IMG/VR virus record: IMGVR_UViG_3300050821_007134
Span: 1 to 64,000 of that record
Direction: 5' to 3' (one strand)
Source of the DNA: a virus
DNA length: 64,000 nt
Below are positions 1 through 10,221 of the stretch, one piece after another (the stretch's first letter is position 1; each line of letters begins with the position of its first letter). The position numbers were made by a program, and so were the translations under genes. The notes under the pieces were generated by a model that did not search any database, was not told where the DNA came from, and worked only from the letters and a program-made list of their open reading frames with translations.

Positions 1-3000
1 ATTCAGAGTAGTGGAAAATAATGGATTTGTTCCTACACCTGTCCAACTTAAGCAGACAAGGGCACCTTGTTTTTCAATTCTAAAGGTATCGCCTTCGGTC
101 CTAATGAAATTTCTTGGTTTTCCAAAATATCTTTGGGTTAAATTTTGTCCAGATAAAGTGATTAAGCTCTTTCCTAAAGAAGGAGTATTGCTCTGGATAG
201 TAACTCCAGTATTGGAAGAAAATCCGTCATTTTTTGCTTGTGCAGTAGAAGCTTGCAATCTGAACCATTGATCACTATGAACCCCTGCTGCGGCTCCCAC
301 ATTTGCGGAAACGATCATATATGTGTTGTCTAATCTAACTGCTGAATCTAAAACTGGAACTTCATAACCATTGGCGAACCCGCCGATTATTTGAACTGCT
401 CCGCTACTACCTAGAACAAGAGTTGCCAATTCTAATCTGGTTCCTCTTTCCACGACACCTACAGTACCTTCCGTAGTGAATCCAGTCACGGCCAAAACAG
501 AAATTAGCCTTCTTACCTGATCTTGGGTTGTGGGAATTAATCGAACTTCTTCTCCATTATTAAAGGCATAGCCAATATCGGATGATTCGTTCAATGGAAC
601 TTTTAATGTAAATTGAGGACTGCCACTGAGATTGCTAGATTGAATCCAATTGATTCCGTCTAAAAGTTGGATATAACTTCTGGTAAAATTGCTATCTTCG
701 AAAGTACTCTCAATTAAAACGCCAGCGCCAGTGATGCCTCCGTCATTAACTAATGTAGCCGTAATGTCGAGTAAGTTTGCATTTACGTATGCGGATACTT
801 GAGCTGCCGTGGTAGCAGAAGCTTGATAGAATGTTATGGCTCCCGTAACATTGGTTGAAACATTGCTTTGAGGAACTGCTACACCATGAGGCTGCTGTAT
901 GGAAAAACTTGTGGCGGTAGGAGTAAATCCAGCTTGCGTCGAAACACGGTAAATACCAGTATTCGCAATTGCTAGTTCGGTTTGTTGAGTAATATTTACG
1001 TATTCTCCGCCCACTAAAGTAAGGGCTGGAGCTGTTCCAACACCATTCCAAGTATAGGTTACTTGATCTACTCCTGCGACAGGAACGTTGGGCGTAATCG
1101 TTACATTCCATTCCGTAGTACTATCAATAGCAGAAGGAGCCGGTGCCCCACTTTGCAAATTAATGGTAATATTTACAAAAGGATTAATTATGATTGTGCT
1201 ACCAATAGCTGCATTTGGAACTGTTGGGTACACATAAGAGACTCTGATTTTTTCGCCGCTTCTGCCCCATCTTGTAGCTCTATATAATATAGCAGTTTGC
1301 GATGCAGTTTGTTTCAATACCTTTTTGGCCTTCATTAAAACTTTGAAATTTGAAAAATCAAAACTACCAAATGCAACATCAAAATCAGCCGTAGGCCCAG
1401 AATCAACATCGTATGCATTGAAGTTAGAAGGATTATTTGCTAAAGAAGTATTCGCGATTGCGCGCCTATAAAATGGAATATTGAAACTTTCAGTTTCGGG
1501 ATTATTATCCAAAATAGTAACTAAAGTGTCTGCACTTCCGAAATCAAGAGGATTAGCGATATAGAATCTATCATCTATGATTGATCCTCTTACTCTGTGT
1601 ATAAGCGGCTGATTTACTAAGCCAACTACGGCGCCTGAAATGGAAGTTACCTGATCGTATTCACCATAAGGCTGAGAATCTCTAATGGCCCCATAAGGAT
1701 GTAACATAGAGATCAGTTCATTTGGATCTCTTCCGGCGAATGAAACAGCAGATGTGACAGAATTTACAAATGTGTCTGGAGGATTCGCAAAAGAATCCGC
1801 TGCGAAAGTGCTATGAATGAACAATGGAAGTTGAGCATCTTTAGTTTGACTGTCCAAATAAGCGATCAGAGATTCTTGACTTACTTTTCTTTGGTTTACA
1901 GGTAATAGTAAAAGCTTACCTTGAGTATCAGCCGTAACTACCAATAGAGATCCATTAGAATCTTTTGTAACAGTTCTTACGATTATGAATTGTTCTTCTT
2001 GAACTGAAAAAATCAATTCATTTGTTTGAGCCTGTAATTGAAGAACGATTTGATCTAAACTTAAAGTTCCTGAGGTAACTTCAAATCTTTGAGGAGCCAA
2101 TGTACTTCTGAGTGTAACAAATCCATCGACGAATACGACGGTTTGAGGAACAACGGCTGTATATTCGGCATTAGTGAGTTCTATATCTAAAGTAGTGGAT
2201 GAAGCCGCATGTACTCTGCCTTCAAATCTATTGTTCGCATTTAGCTCGGCGGACCAAACAATTACATAATCACCCGGAAGAACATTGATGAATGCATTCG
2301 CATTTGAAGAAGTATATCTAATAATATTCGGAGCTGGCTTAGATACAACAAGGACTGAATTCCCAGTCACTCCGTTTGCAATAATTTGACCCGGATTGTC
2401 TACTAAGATCCACACATTTGCATTGGATGAGAACAGAATTGAATTACCAGTAATGGAACCGCTTTGAAGTCTAGCTTCTGTTTGGTTACTGCCCGCGCTA
2501 AGAGTATCGCCAGCGACAAGAGGAACGGCTAATTCAAATTGCGCCGTGTTTCTGGAAAGAATGAAATCTGATGCGGCACCCTGAGACGATAAGCCAATGA
2601 GGGTGCTGAACATTCCTTTAGTCACTAATGTAGAAGTGGGATCAATTACAATTTGTGCTCTGTTGTTATCGCCTAAATTACTTGCGATAGTGAGTTGCTG
2701 ACCAATGATTGTCGTGGTCACACCCGTTAATTTGTTTAAGAAAACTTGTGCCCAAGCAGCCAGAGAATTTGTAGAAGAAACTGTATTGTAAAGTCCAGTA
2801 GCTACAAAGTCTGAATCATTTACGGTGTAAGTGATGGGTGCGGTTCCATCGACAGACAGTATTAAAGTATCGCCACTTGTTATGGATGGAGACCATAAAG
2901 CTTGAGACTGAGTAAAGATGATTGCTTCTGCGCCGTCTTTACTTAATGGAATTTGATTTTTGTATAATCTTAATGTTTGAATTTTGTTAGAAGAAAATCC

Positions 3001-4416
3001 AAGTTGAACTGCGGCGTCTCTTCCAGAGGTAGTTGGCTTAACACATTGAATTGAATCATTGCCTTCGTGATTGGAACGAATAACTACGAATGCGCCGTTG
3101 CCAGCAGTAGTAGCTTCAAATCCAAGTGTCGTGTCTGCATTGATACTCGCAGTGACTTCAAATGAAGTAGCGCCGCCGGGACTTAGGAAATCACTATTTG
3201 CAAAAATGTGCTGATACGTGACCTCTCCAACTGTTACTGCCAGAGTATCTCCGCCGATCAAATCGAAGGGAGAAGATAAATTAGATTGTAAGAACGCTTT
3301 TGCTACTGGAGCTTGTCGTCCGCCTGTCGCTAATTGGAAAAATTGTTCTCCGCCTAAAGCGCTGTCTACGATTGATTCTAAACCAACACCTGCTGATTTG
3401 GCTTCATAACCATTTCCACTATCGATGTATAAAATAGCGCCAGAAGAATTAAGAATTAAAGAATCACTTACGACGGTTGCCTGCTCATCTGAAGGGCTAG
3501 CTCCAATAACGGCAGCTTTAACGGCTGTAGCTGTACCGAGTCCGGTTGATGCTTGAGCATTTTTAATTCTAACTCTAAGAGAATCATCTGTTTCACTATC
3601 TCGACCAGTAACAAATGGCAATGCATTTGAAACGCTAGCTCCCGCGAAAGGAGGAGTAGCGAAACTCTTAATAGCACCGGCTGGAACGTTTCCAGAAGAT
3701 CCGGTGTTTAGTGCGCTGACTTGTACACCGGTAACGGTTGTTTCACCGTCCAAAATAACGGCAGATGCGATAATTCCAAATTGAATGTCTGGGCTTGAAC
3801 CTAAGGCAGGAGATACGACTACTGCATTCGCTGCGATGGATCTATTGCCGCCTTGAGCTAAAATAACTGATTCGCCAATATTATGAAATTTGACGGTAGG
3901 CGCAGAAAGATTGATTATAAAATAGCCGCCAACGGGAGTTATTGACGAATATGGAAGGGGGCCTTCCACATTTGGAGTCCCTCGACCGATGTAAATCGAT
4001 CCTGATGCGAAGAATTGTGAGGCATCGCTCACATTGATGGAAACCGAACCTACGTTAGGCGGATTGGCTCCAGCATAGATCTTTGAGGCGATTTTGTTAA
4101 AACTAGTATCTACGATATTTACGGGGCCAGTCGCGGGAGCAGCGACGATTGGAGGCACATTATTCTCAATGGCTAAGTTCTTTAAGGCATCTCCGGTCGC
4201 TCTATCTATTGAGAAGTCCCGAAGAATTTGGAAAATATCGCCCGATGCGCGTGCCGTGGTGAGAGCTACTGTTTCGAAAAAACCCGTGACAGCAGAACCC
4301 ACATTAAAGTCAGTTATTCCGACTTTAGCCGCGTAAGTACTTAACATGTCAGAGTTTAATTGATCGTAACTCTGAGGATTTGGCAGTCCTGCGACTGGGG
4401 CGGGTCCGGTTGGCAT
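1..4416 (-). CDS. Very large baseplate J-like (wedge) protein, partial: runs off the left edge, at least 1472 aa; absent from the ORF track
   Basis: ATG at 4416 after a GGAG RBS. N-terminus MPTGPAPVAGLPNPQSYDQLNSDML...TDFNVGS...SIDRATGDALKNLA...GNVPAGAI...GRDSETDDSLRVRI carries Baseplate_J hallmarks. The frame was open wherever I spot-checked it down to base 1. Confidence 0.85.
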   Translation of the reverse strand, partial: MPTGPAPVAGLPNPQSYDQLNSDMLSTYAAKVGITDFNVGSAVTGFFETVALTTARASGDIFQILRDFSIDRATGDALKNLAIENNVPPIVAAPATGPVNIVDTSFNKIASKIYAGANPPNVGSVSINVSDASQFFASGSIYIGRGTPNVEGPLPYSSITPVGGYFIINLSAPTVKFHNIGESVILAQGGNRSIAANAVVVSPALGSSPDIQFGIIASAVILDGETTVTGVQVSALNTGSSGNVPAGAIKSFATPPFAGASVSNALPFVTGRDSETDDSLRVRIKNAQASTGLGTATAVKAAVIGASPSDEQATVVSDSLILNSSGAILYIDSGNGYEAKSAGVGLESIVDSALGGEQFFQLATGGRQAPVAKAFLQSNLSSPFDLIGGDTLAVTVGEVTYQHIFANSDFLSPGGATSFEVTASINADTTLGFEATTAGNGAFVVIRSNHEGNDSIQCVKPTTSGRDAAVQLGFSSNKIQTLRLYKNQIPLSKDGAEAIIFTQSQALWSPSITSGDTLILSVDGTAPITYTVNDSDFVATGLYNTVSSTNSLAAWAQVFLNKLTGVTTTIIGQQLTIASNLGDNNRAQIVIDPTSTLVTKGMFSTLIGLSSQGAASDFILSRNTAQFELAVPLVAGDTLSAGSNQTEARLQSGSITGNSILFSSNANVWILVDNPGQIIANGVTGNSVLVVSKPAPNIIRYTSSNANAFINVLPGDYVIVWSAELNANNRFEGRVHAASSTTLDIELTNAEYTAVVPQTVVFVDGFVTLRSTLAPQRFEVTSGTLSLDQIVLQLQAQTNELIFSVQEEQFIIVRTVTKDSNGSLLVVTADTQGKLLLLPVNQRKVSQESLIAYLDSQTKDAQLPLFIHSTFAADSFANPPDTFVNSVTSAVSFAGRDPNELISMLHPYGAIRDSQPYGEYDQVTSISGAVVGLVNQPLIHRVRGSIIDDRFYIANPLDFGSADTLVTILDNNPETESFNIPFYRRAIANTSLANNPSNFNAYDVDSGPTADFDVAFGSFDFSNFKVLMKAKKVLKQTASQTAILYRATRWGRSGEKIRVSYVYPTVPNAAIGSTIIINPFVNITINLQSGAPAPSAIDSTTEWNVTITPNVPVAGVDQVTYTWNGVGTAPALTLVGGEYVNITQQTELAIANTGIYRVSTQAGFTPTATSFSIQQPHGVAVPQSNVSTNVTGAITFYQASATTAAQVSAYVNANLLDITATLVNDGGITGAGVLIESTFEDSNFTRSYIQLLDGINWIQSSNLSGSPQFTLKVPLNESSDIGYAFNNGEEVRLIPTTQDQVRRLISVLAVTGFTTEGTVGVVERGTRLELATLVLGSSGAVQIIGGFANGYEVPVLDSAVRLDNTYMIVSANVGAAAGVHSDQWFRLQASTAQAKNDGFSSNTGVTIQSNTPSLGKSLITLSGQNLTQRYFGKPRNFIRTEGDTFRIEKQGALVCLSWTGVGTNPLFSTTLN

Positions 4417-4441
4417 TATTTTAAACTCCAATTACCTAGTT

Positions 4442-4447
4442 AAGATT
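4442..4447 (-). promoter_or_regulatory. Putative phage late-promoter motif AATCTT (also 7099-7104, 15503-15508, 17241-17246, 32465-32470 on -, and 15949-15954 on +)
   Basis: The same hexamer lies about 6-26 nt upstream of start codons, including those of three structural genes, with no obvious correctly spaced -35. Confidence 0.55.
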
Positions 4448-4471
4448 CAGGGTAGGGCCAATTAGTATATA

Positions 4472-7078
4472 TCATGTAGGGACAACAAAGTTGACCGGGA
4501 ATACGCCTTGAATCCCAGCCAAGGCAACCGCCATATTAAGGGACAGCGTAGGCCCGTTTAAATTGATCTGGAGGTTATTGATCCCGGAGAATCTCGGGTC
4601 CTGTTGGATCAGCTTATTCATAGAATTAAAGGTATCTTCTACATTGAAATCTGAATTTATCATGCCAACCTTGATGCCCAATCCGAAGTCTGGATGCGTC
4701 AAAACTTTACCGGCCTGGGTACCAATTTTGATCTTAAGAGCCTGGATGATATTGGTCATACCATAAGCGAATCTAAAGTCACCGAAGTTATTTACGGCCA
4801 AATCTCCAGAATCAGTCAAAAGTAGATCTACTTTGCTAAGTCCGGTCAATGGGTCAGACAACGAAGCTTGAGGAACAACGATATCAGGATTATTTGAAAG
4901 AGGCAAATCGCTCGGTATGAAAATCTTTTGCTGACTATTAACTGTTCCAGGTAAATATGCCTGTAAATAAGCTTGATCAGCAATTAAAAAATTATCCAAA
5001 TTCGGCATACCATCTAAGGTGATCAAAAAGCTTGTGCTCGACAGAGTGTCGATGCCGAGAATTACTCTGGCAGAAGGTTGTTGAGTAGCGCTTTGAACTA
5101 TAACTCTCTGTCCTATATATAGGTCAGTGATACTTCCAATAGTGATATTTCTGCCGCTGGCGTTCGAGAGTAAAGGAACTTGAAAACCATTTTCATCTAT
5201 GTAAGGATCTTTTAAATTATTCAAAGTAACAATTTCAAGCCATCGTTGAGGATCTTGTAAATATCTGGCTGCAATCTGTTCTACATTTAATCCAAATGGA
5301 ACGGGAACTAGAATCTTAGCTACCGTAGTATTGAATTCTATACCTGACAGATCTGCTAATCCAGCTACGTAATCCATATTTGATTGAATCTGATTATCGT
5401 CAATTTCCCTTGTGGCCGTCAAAAGATCATAGCTTTGAATGGACTGATATAGAGCAGCTAAAATGTCATATTCATCCAAAGTCATTGGCTGAATTCTAGG
5501 AGTAGGAGGCGGCAATCCATAAACTTTATTGTAAAAAGCATCACCTGCTCCAAAACTATTTGAAAGCTGAAGAGCTAATCCCAAAATTGTTTGGCGAAAT
5601 TGTTTTAATTGAGCTACTGTAGTTTGTCTCGCTTGCGCAATTACATTGTCAATTACAGCTTGTTGCGCAACGGTCAAACTCAAACTGGTTACGGGAACCT
5701 GATCTAAGAGATCAAAATTTGCATTCGAATTTGCATAAATATTATTAGCAGGATTAATCGTAACGGCGGTTGCAGCCTTGGCTCCAATTTGTCCACCTGA
5801 AACTGCGTCGATAGTTAAACCTTCATTGACCGATTGACTTGCGACAACAGCGGCCAAAGGATTTCTGACAGCTGGATCGCTAGAAGTTGTCGCTATGGAA
5901 TTTGCCAAAATATTCATTGATGCGTTGATTGAACTTTTGTAATCATTGATTACTTGTGCGGGAAGATCTGCCACTGTAACGGCTACCCCTGCTAGATCTT
6001 TAACCAAAAGTGCAGTCTGTCTTAACGCAGTTAAAGGAGCCTCGATATCACTTCTCACAGAAGAAATTAAAGTTAAAGCTGCGCTTGCGGTACTTCGGGC
6101 GGCACTGATCGCGCCAAGAACCCTTTGCAAAATCCCAGGACTTATTGGCTGAATTGTCGAAACTACTGCTGGAACTTTTTGCTGAAGGTCGATTCGTCTC
6201 CATGCCTTCAATTGAAGGTTGTACATGAATTCCATGGGTTTCGTAGACGATTGAATCCAATGGAAATTGATTGGAGTAACAATAAGTGATTGATTTTGTT
6301 TAGGAATATCTAAAACCATGCGCCATCCTGCGTTGGCAGGATTCTTTTTCGCTTCCGCATATTGTTCGATAAGTTGGGCCAAAGCCATGATCTGATAGTA
6401 ACCCGTGCTTCCCACGCCTTCCCCGGAGGTCTCAGGACCCTTACGGGCGGGTTTACTGTTAGGACTATTCCCCGTGGCAATGTTGATAACTCTTTGGAAT
6501 TGACTCACCACGTTAGTAGCGGCCTCGATAGTTCCACCAAAAACGGATTGGAGAATTGTCGGGCTTTGGGGAGGACTGGTGACATCCTGTCGATATGGCC
6601 AAACACCGAAAGTACCAGCCATGGAAATGGATTTGAATTTTAGACCGTTATGTTCTTCGACGATACCCCTTAAAGTGGCCGATGTGCCGATTGCATATTG
6701 ATCAATGATATTGAACTGTTGTGGAGTTATTGGAAACGTGAATACCCATTGTTGGCCAATCGCTTGAAAAGCCACGATGGGACTCGTGTTATCGCCCTTT
6801 ACTGTGGTTTGAGCTATTGTGCTTCCATTAACGGTTTTATTGCCATTGGCGGTATCGATGACCAAAAGACGATAGGGGAAAAGCTGATCCCATCTGACTG
6901 GGTCGATTTCGATGGATTTAAAAAATGGACTTGGAAGTGTGGACCATGGCAATAGAGTTGCCTGTCCAGATTTACTATTCTGTAATACATTCGCTATGTT
7001 AAGTGCATTTCCAACCTGTAAGTTGCCTAAATCAGGCTTAAAACCAGACGGTTGATCTGCGAAAACTGAATCTGCCAT
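4472..7078 (-). CDS. Baseplate multidomain protein: tube-initiator-like N-terminus, LysM-like domain, C-terminal gp25/gpW-like wedge domain
   Basis: LysM-like VEQIAARYLQDPQRWLEIVTLNNLKDPY. gp25-like C-terminus GDLAV...NIIQALKIKIGTQAG...HPDFGLG...IQQDPRF. Lies next to the J-like gene. Confidence 0.75.
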   Translation of the reverse strand: MADSVFADQPSGFKPDLGNLQVGNALNIANVLQNSKSGQATLLPWSTLPSPFFKSIEIDPVRWDQLFPYRLLVIDTANGNKTVNGSTIAQTTVKGDNTSPIVAFQAIGQQWVFTFPITPQQFNIIDQYAIGTSATLRGIVEEHNGLKFKSISMAGTFGVWPYRQDVTSPPQSPTILQSVFGGTIEAATNVVSQFQRVINIATGNSPNSKPARKGPETSGEGVGSTGYYQIMALAQLIEQYAEAKKNPANAGWRMVLDIPKQNQSLIVTPINFHWIQSSTKPMEFMYNLQLKAWRRIDLQQKVPAVVSTIQPISPGILQRVLGAISAARSTASAALTLISSVRSDIEAPLTALRQTALLVKDLAGVAVTVADLPAQVINDYKSSINASMNILANSIATTSSDPAVRNPLAAVVASQSVNEGLTIDAVSGGQIGAKAATAVTINPANNIYANSNANFDLLDQVPVTSLSLTVAQQAVIDNVIAQARQTTVAQLKQFRQTILGLALQLSNSFGAGDAFYNKVYGLPPPTPRIQPMTLDEYDILAALYQSIQSYDLLTATREIDDNQIQSNMDYVAGLADLSGIEFNTTVAKILVPVPFGLNVEQIAARYLQDPQRWLEIVTLNNLKDPYIDENGFQVPLLSNASGRNITIGSITDLYIGQRVIVQSATQQPSARVILGIDTLSSTSFLITLDGMPNLDNFLIADQAYLQAYLPGTVNSQQKIFIPSDLPLSNNPDIVVPQASLSDPLTGLSKVDLLLTDSGDLAVNNFGDFRFAYGMTNIIQALKIKIGTQAGKVLTHPDFGLGIKVGMINSDFNVEDTFNSMNKLIQQDPRFSGINNLQINLNGPTLSLNMAVALAGIQGVFPVNFVVPT

Positions 7079-7141
7079 TTAAGAGTGCTCCATACATAAA
7101 GATTGCAGGTGAACAAGGCTCATCCATGATATATCACAAAC

Positions 7142-7723
7142 ATGAGAAAACTCTTCGGAATCCTGATCTTAATAGTCCTATCTTTATCCTGCGCGAGCGT
7201 ACCAAAACCTCACGTTCCGTTGATACTGAAAATAGCGCCCGAGCACAAAGGGATTGATCCTAAGCTCCAGCCCTATTATGATGAATACGTTGCTTTGGCC
7301 AAAGAGCGTGGAATCATTTTTAAAAATAAAGTAACCATGGGATTTAAAGATCTCGACAGCGAAAATTACATCGGAGTTTGTCATCGAAATGGTTTCATGC
7401 ATTTTAGAGAAATCGACATAGACAAAGGGTATTGGGATCACACCACTGAACAACAAAGAATAAACGAAGTGTTCCATGAATTGACTCACTGCCTCTGCAC
7501 TAGGGATCACGATTTCGCGCCAGGAAAATTCTATCCAGAAGTAGCGGTTTGGAAGATTTTTATAGACATAACAAACATGTGTGTGTCAAAAGAACCAGAA
7601 GGTTTCAAAGACGATGGCTGTCCAGTAACTATAATGCACCCCCGAATTCTTTGGCAGTGGTGCTTCAATATGTATTACGACGAATATATAAAAGAAATGT
7701 TCGACAGATGCGAACCTTGGTAG
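7142..7723 (+). CDS. Lipoprotein zinc metallopeptidase (HEXXH, metzincin-like)
   Basis: Lipobox LSLSC, HELTHCLCTRDH zinc motif and IMHP Met-turn-like motif. Confidence 0.7.
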   Translation: MRKLFGILILIVLSLSCASVPKPHVPLILKIAPEHKGIDPKLQPYYDEYVALAKERGIIFKNKVTMGFKDLDSENYIGVCHRNGFMHFREIDIDKGYWDHTTEQQRINEVFHELTHCLCTRDHDFAPGKFYPEVAVWKIFIDITNMCVSKEPEGFKDDGCPVTIMHPRILWQWCFNMYYDEYIKEMFDRCEPW

Positions 7724-7748
7724 TATAACAAGACTACAGGAGAACGTA

Positions 7749-8117
7749 ATGACAGAAGAACAAACACAAATAATAGACGCAGTTTTTCAGAGATTCATTG
7801 ACAGCGAAAATCAAAGGCCAATCTGGAATCCAATAGACGAGGCCATGTACAAACTTCAATGGATCGATAGCGATCAACTTGTCAGAGAAGCCAGCATAAT
7901 TTCCTACGAACATAAGCACGGTAAGGTTCGATGCAATATGCAACATAACCAATCAGTTTGCTTTGCTCCTAAAATAGTGCAAGCTGCTCAAATACTTTTA
8001 ACTGATTATGAGTCAACAAGAAATCTGCCCGCTGCGCACAAGTACATGCTTCAGTACTACTTATCTCTTCATCATTTGAAAATTATCTATACGGACGAAA
8101 ATAAGACAAAAACTTAA
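7749..8117 (+). CDS. Hypothetical protein
   Basis: AGGAG RBS; 122 aa ORF. Confidence 0.6.
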   Translation: MTEEQTQIIDAVFQRFIDSENQRPIWNPIDEAMYKLQWIDSDQLVREASIISYEHKHGKVRCNMQHNQSVCFAPKIVQAAQILLTDYESTRNLPAAHKYMLQYYLSLHHLKIIYTDENKTKT

Positions 8118-9358
8118 GTTAGATCTTTGTACACTCTTCCATTGTTAGAAGTTGTGTATTTTGATGGAACGATATCGTTCAGCGTAATGGCGTTGCCATT
8201 TATAGATTTTATCCCTCGGGTTAATTCAACCTGTTGTTCAGAATAGATGTAAACAAAATCTCCCGGACTAAACAAGCTAGCGTCGGCAGTGTGAATCACT
8301 GCTGTTCCATTACCTGCGGCGCTGAAAAGGCCAACAGAAAGTAGAGTTTTATAAATTGCCACAGTCGAAATAATATTGGCTATCATTTGAGTCTGAGCAT
8401 TAACGGCCCCTTGCAAACTCAAAATCTGCGATAGAGAACCACTAAGAGCATTAACCCGCAAATTTAAAAATGAATATCTTTGACCATAAAGACCGCTGCT
8501 TGCAGTAATGGTCCCGTCGGTTAAACTCTGAGTTATAGAACCAAGATTTGTATCAAGTTGTGTTATCCTGGTTGGTATAAATGTATTTCGGACAGTAAAT
8601 GCAGCCTGCAATGCTGCCAATTGAGTCGAGTGCAACTTCGATGGTCCAGGCATTGGAGCAAAGTCTGGTTGAGCTTGCCAAGAACTTAGAGCAGAAAGAA
8701 ATGTATTCAAGTTGCTTATCGCCGTTACATTCTGAGCCGCTCTAGTAGCGTTGGTATCTGTTATGCTATTGAGTGCAGTCAATTCTGCGTTGGCCGTCGC
8801 TTGTAAGGCGGTAACGGCGGTTACCATATTATTTTTAATAGTAACAATGGCACCATCCATAGCCATATCGATGCCAGTAGTTAACTCGGTATCTGTGTAC
8901 ATTCCCGTAGCAGACGTTATTATGGCATTAATCGCAGTCATTTGAGCGCTCTCTGAACTGACTGGCGTAAAAGCCTCAGAATAGTTCTTACCTATCGCAA
9001 AGCCAAGGGCGAATGGGTTTACTTTAGACCAGACATTCGTGGGCGCTAGAGAAGGAACTGATGCTTGAGTATTATTTGGAAAGAAAACATTTCCCAAAAT
9101 ATGATTGGCCGAATCTATCAAATTTTGTTCCGTGATAGACGTTCTTCCATTGCCATCCAAATTTTGTAATTCTATTTGATATGCTGTAATTAAACCATTG
9201 ACCGGACTGAATAGGCCATCATTCGCTGTATCGAGACTTTCGAGACTTGCAATTTTGGCATTGAGTGCATTTTGGGCATTCTGAATCCCTGCAATAGTAG
9301 CGTCTGCCTGAACTATAGCTAAGGAAAATGCAATTCTATCATTCTGTGAAAGTGGCAT
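8114..9358 (-). CDS. Probable virion structural protein (baseplate/tail)
   Basis: 414 aa, A/T/N/S-rich with few charged residues, inside the baseplate module. Confidence 0.55.
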   Translation of the reverse strand: MPLSQNDRIAFSLAIVQADATIAGIQNAQNALNAKIASLESLDTANDGLFSPVNGLITAYQIELQNLDGNGRTSITEQNLIDSANHILGNVFFPNNTQASVPSLAPTNVWSKVNPFALGFAIGKNYSEAFTPVSSESAQMTAINAIITSATGMYTDTELTTGIDMAMDGAIVTIKNNMVTAVTALQATANAELTALNSITDTNATRAAQNVTAISNLNTFLSALSSWQAQPDFAPMPGPSKLHSTQLAALQAAFTVRNTFIPTRITQLDTNLGSITQSLTDGTITASSGLYGQRYSFLNLRVNALSGSLSQILSLQGAVNAQTQMIANIISTVAIYKTLLSVGLFSAAGNGTAVIHTADASLFSPGDFVYIYSEQQVELTRGIKSINGNAITLNDIVPSKYTTSNNGRVYKDLT

Positions 9359-9612
9359 TAATGGAACCTCAACGGGAATACTTGAAATCTAAGTAAAGTC
9401 TTATAGACTTCTTCTTTCTCTTTTGGAGTGCCCGTTTCTATTAAATGTTTAAAACCTCTCATTATCATATCACTCAAATTCTTAGCTGATCGTTTATCAA
9501 AAAAATATTCGCCCTGTACCGTGTAGACAGTATTATCCACTTGAATGTAGTAAGCTTCCGCTTCCATTGCTGTCAGATGCTCAAATGGATACTTAACCTT
9601 CTCATCGGGCAT
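9358..9612 (-). CDS. Hypothetical protein
   Basis: Coupled to both neighbours by TAATG overlaps. Confidence 0.6.
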   Translation of the reverse strand: MPDEKVKYPFEHLTAMEAEAYYIQVDNTVYTVQGEYFFDKRSAKNLSDMIMRGFKHLIETGTPKEKEEVYKTLLRFQVFPLRFH

Positions 9613-10154
9613 TAAGACCCTTTCATGGCCAAGGCCGTCGTGGCAATCATCACTAAGTCAAAAATAGTATGACATATCATTGTCGTACCTACTCCAAATT
9701 GTCTAACTAAATCCATCATTATGGGGATATAGAACATCATAAAAATTCCAGTGGCGACGCTTTGATATAAATGGCCTGCACCAAAACTCAAACACATCAG
9801 AAACATGAGCGCATAATAGAACAATCTCATGTATTTCTTTCCATGGACAACATCTTTAAAAATAACAAATGGAAGCACATAAATGGCATCTTCCGAGTAG
9901 ACACCTAGCGCTACCCACCATGGAATCGCTTGAGCCGCCTTTAGATCTACCGGTATTATAGTCATTTGATGAAACTTTTGGTAACAAAAATATCTCACGA
10001 TTCCAAGTACGAACACAAAGCATGTGAGGAACTTAACGGCTTTGGGCTCTACCCTAAGCAAATATTGATACTTGGATCTATAAGTAAAAAATAGAATGAC
10101 CAGGCCTAAAATCCAGGCGGGCAACATATGGGTTAAAACTTCGTGACTGGTCAT
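9612..10154 (-). CDS. CPBP/Abi (CAAX protease-like) intramembrane protein
   Basis: Multiple TM helices. SEDAIY (EExxxR-like), FGAGHLYQ and ICHTIFD correspond to the CPBP motifs. Confidence 0.65.
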   Translation of the reverse strand: MTSHEVLTHMLPAWILGLVILFFTYRSKYQYLLRVEPKAVKFLTCFVFVLGIVRYFCYQKFHQMTIIPVDLKAAQAIPWWVALGVYSEDAIYVLPFVIFKDVVHGKKYMRLFYYALMFLMCLSFGAGHLYQSVATGIFMMFYIPIMMDLVRQFGVGTTMICHTIFDLVMIATTALAMKGS

Positions 10155-10221
10155 ATAAGTTCCTTAAATCATTGATATATTCAATATTCCAATTTGGAAT
10201 ATCGCAAATTGCGATTTGCGA

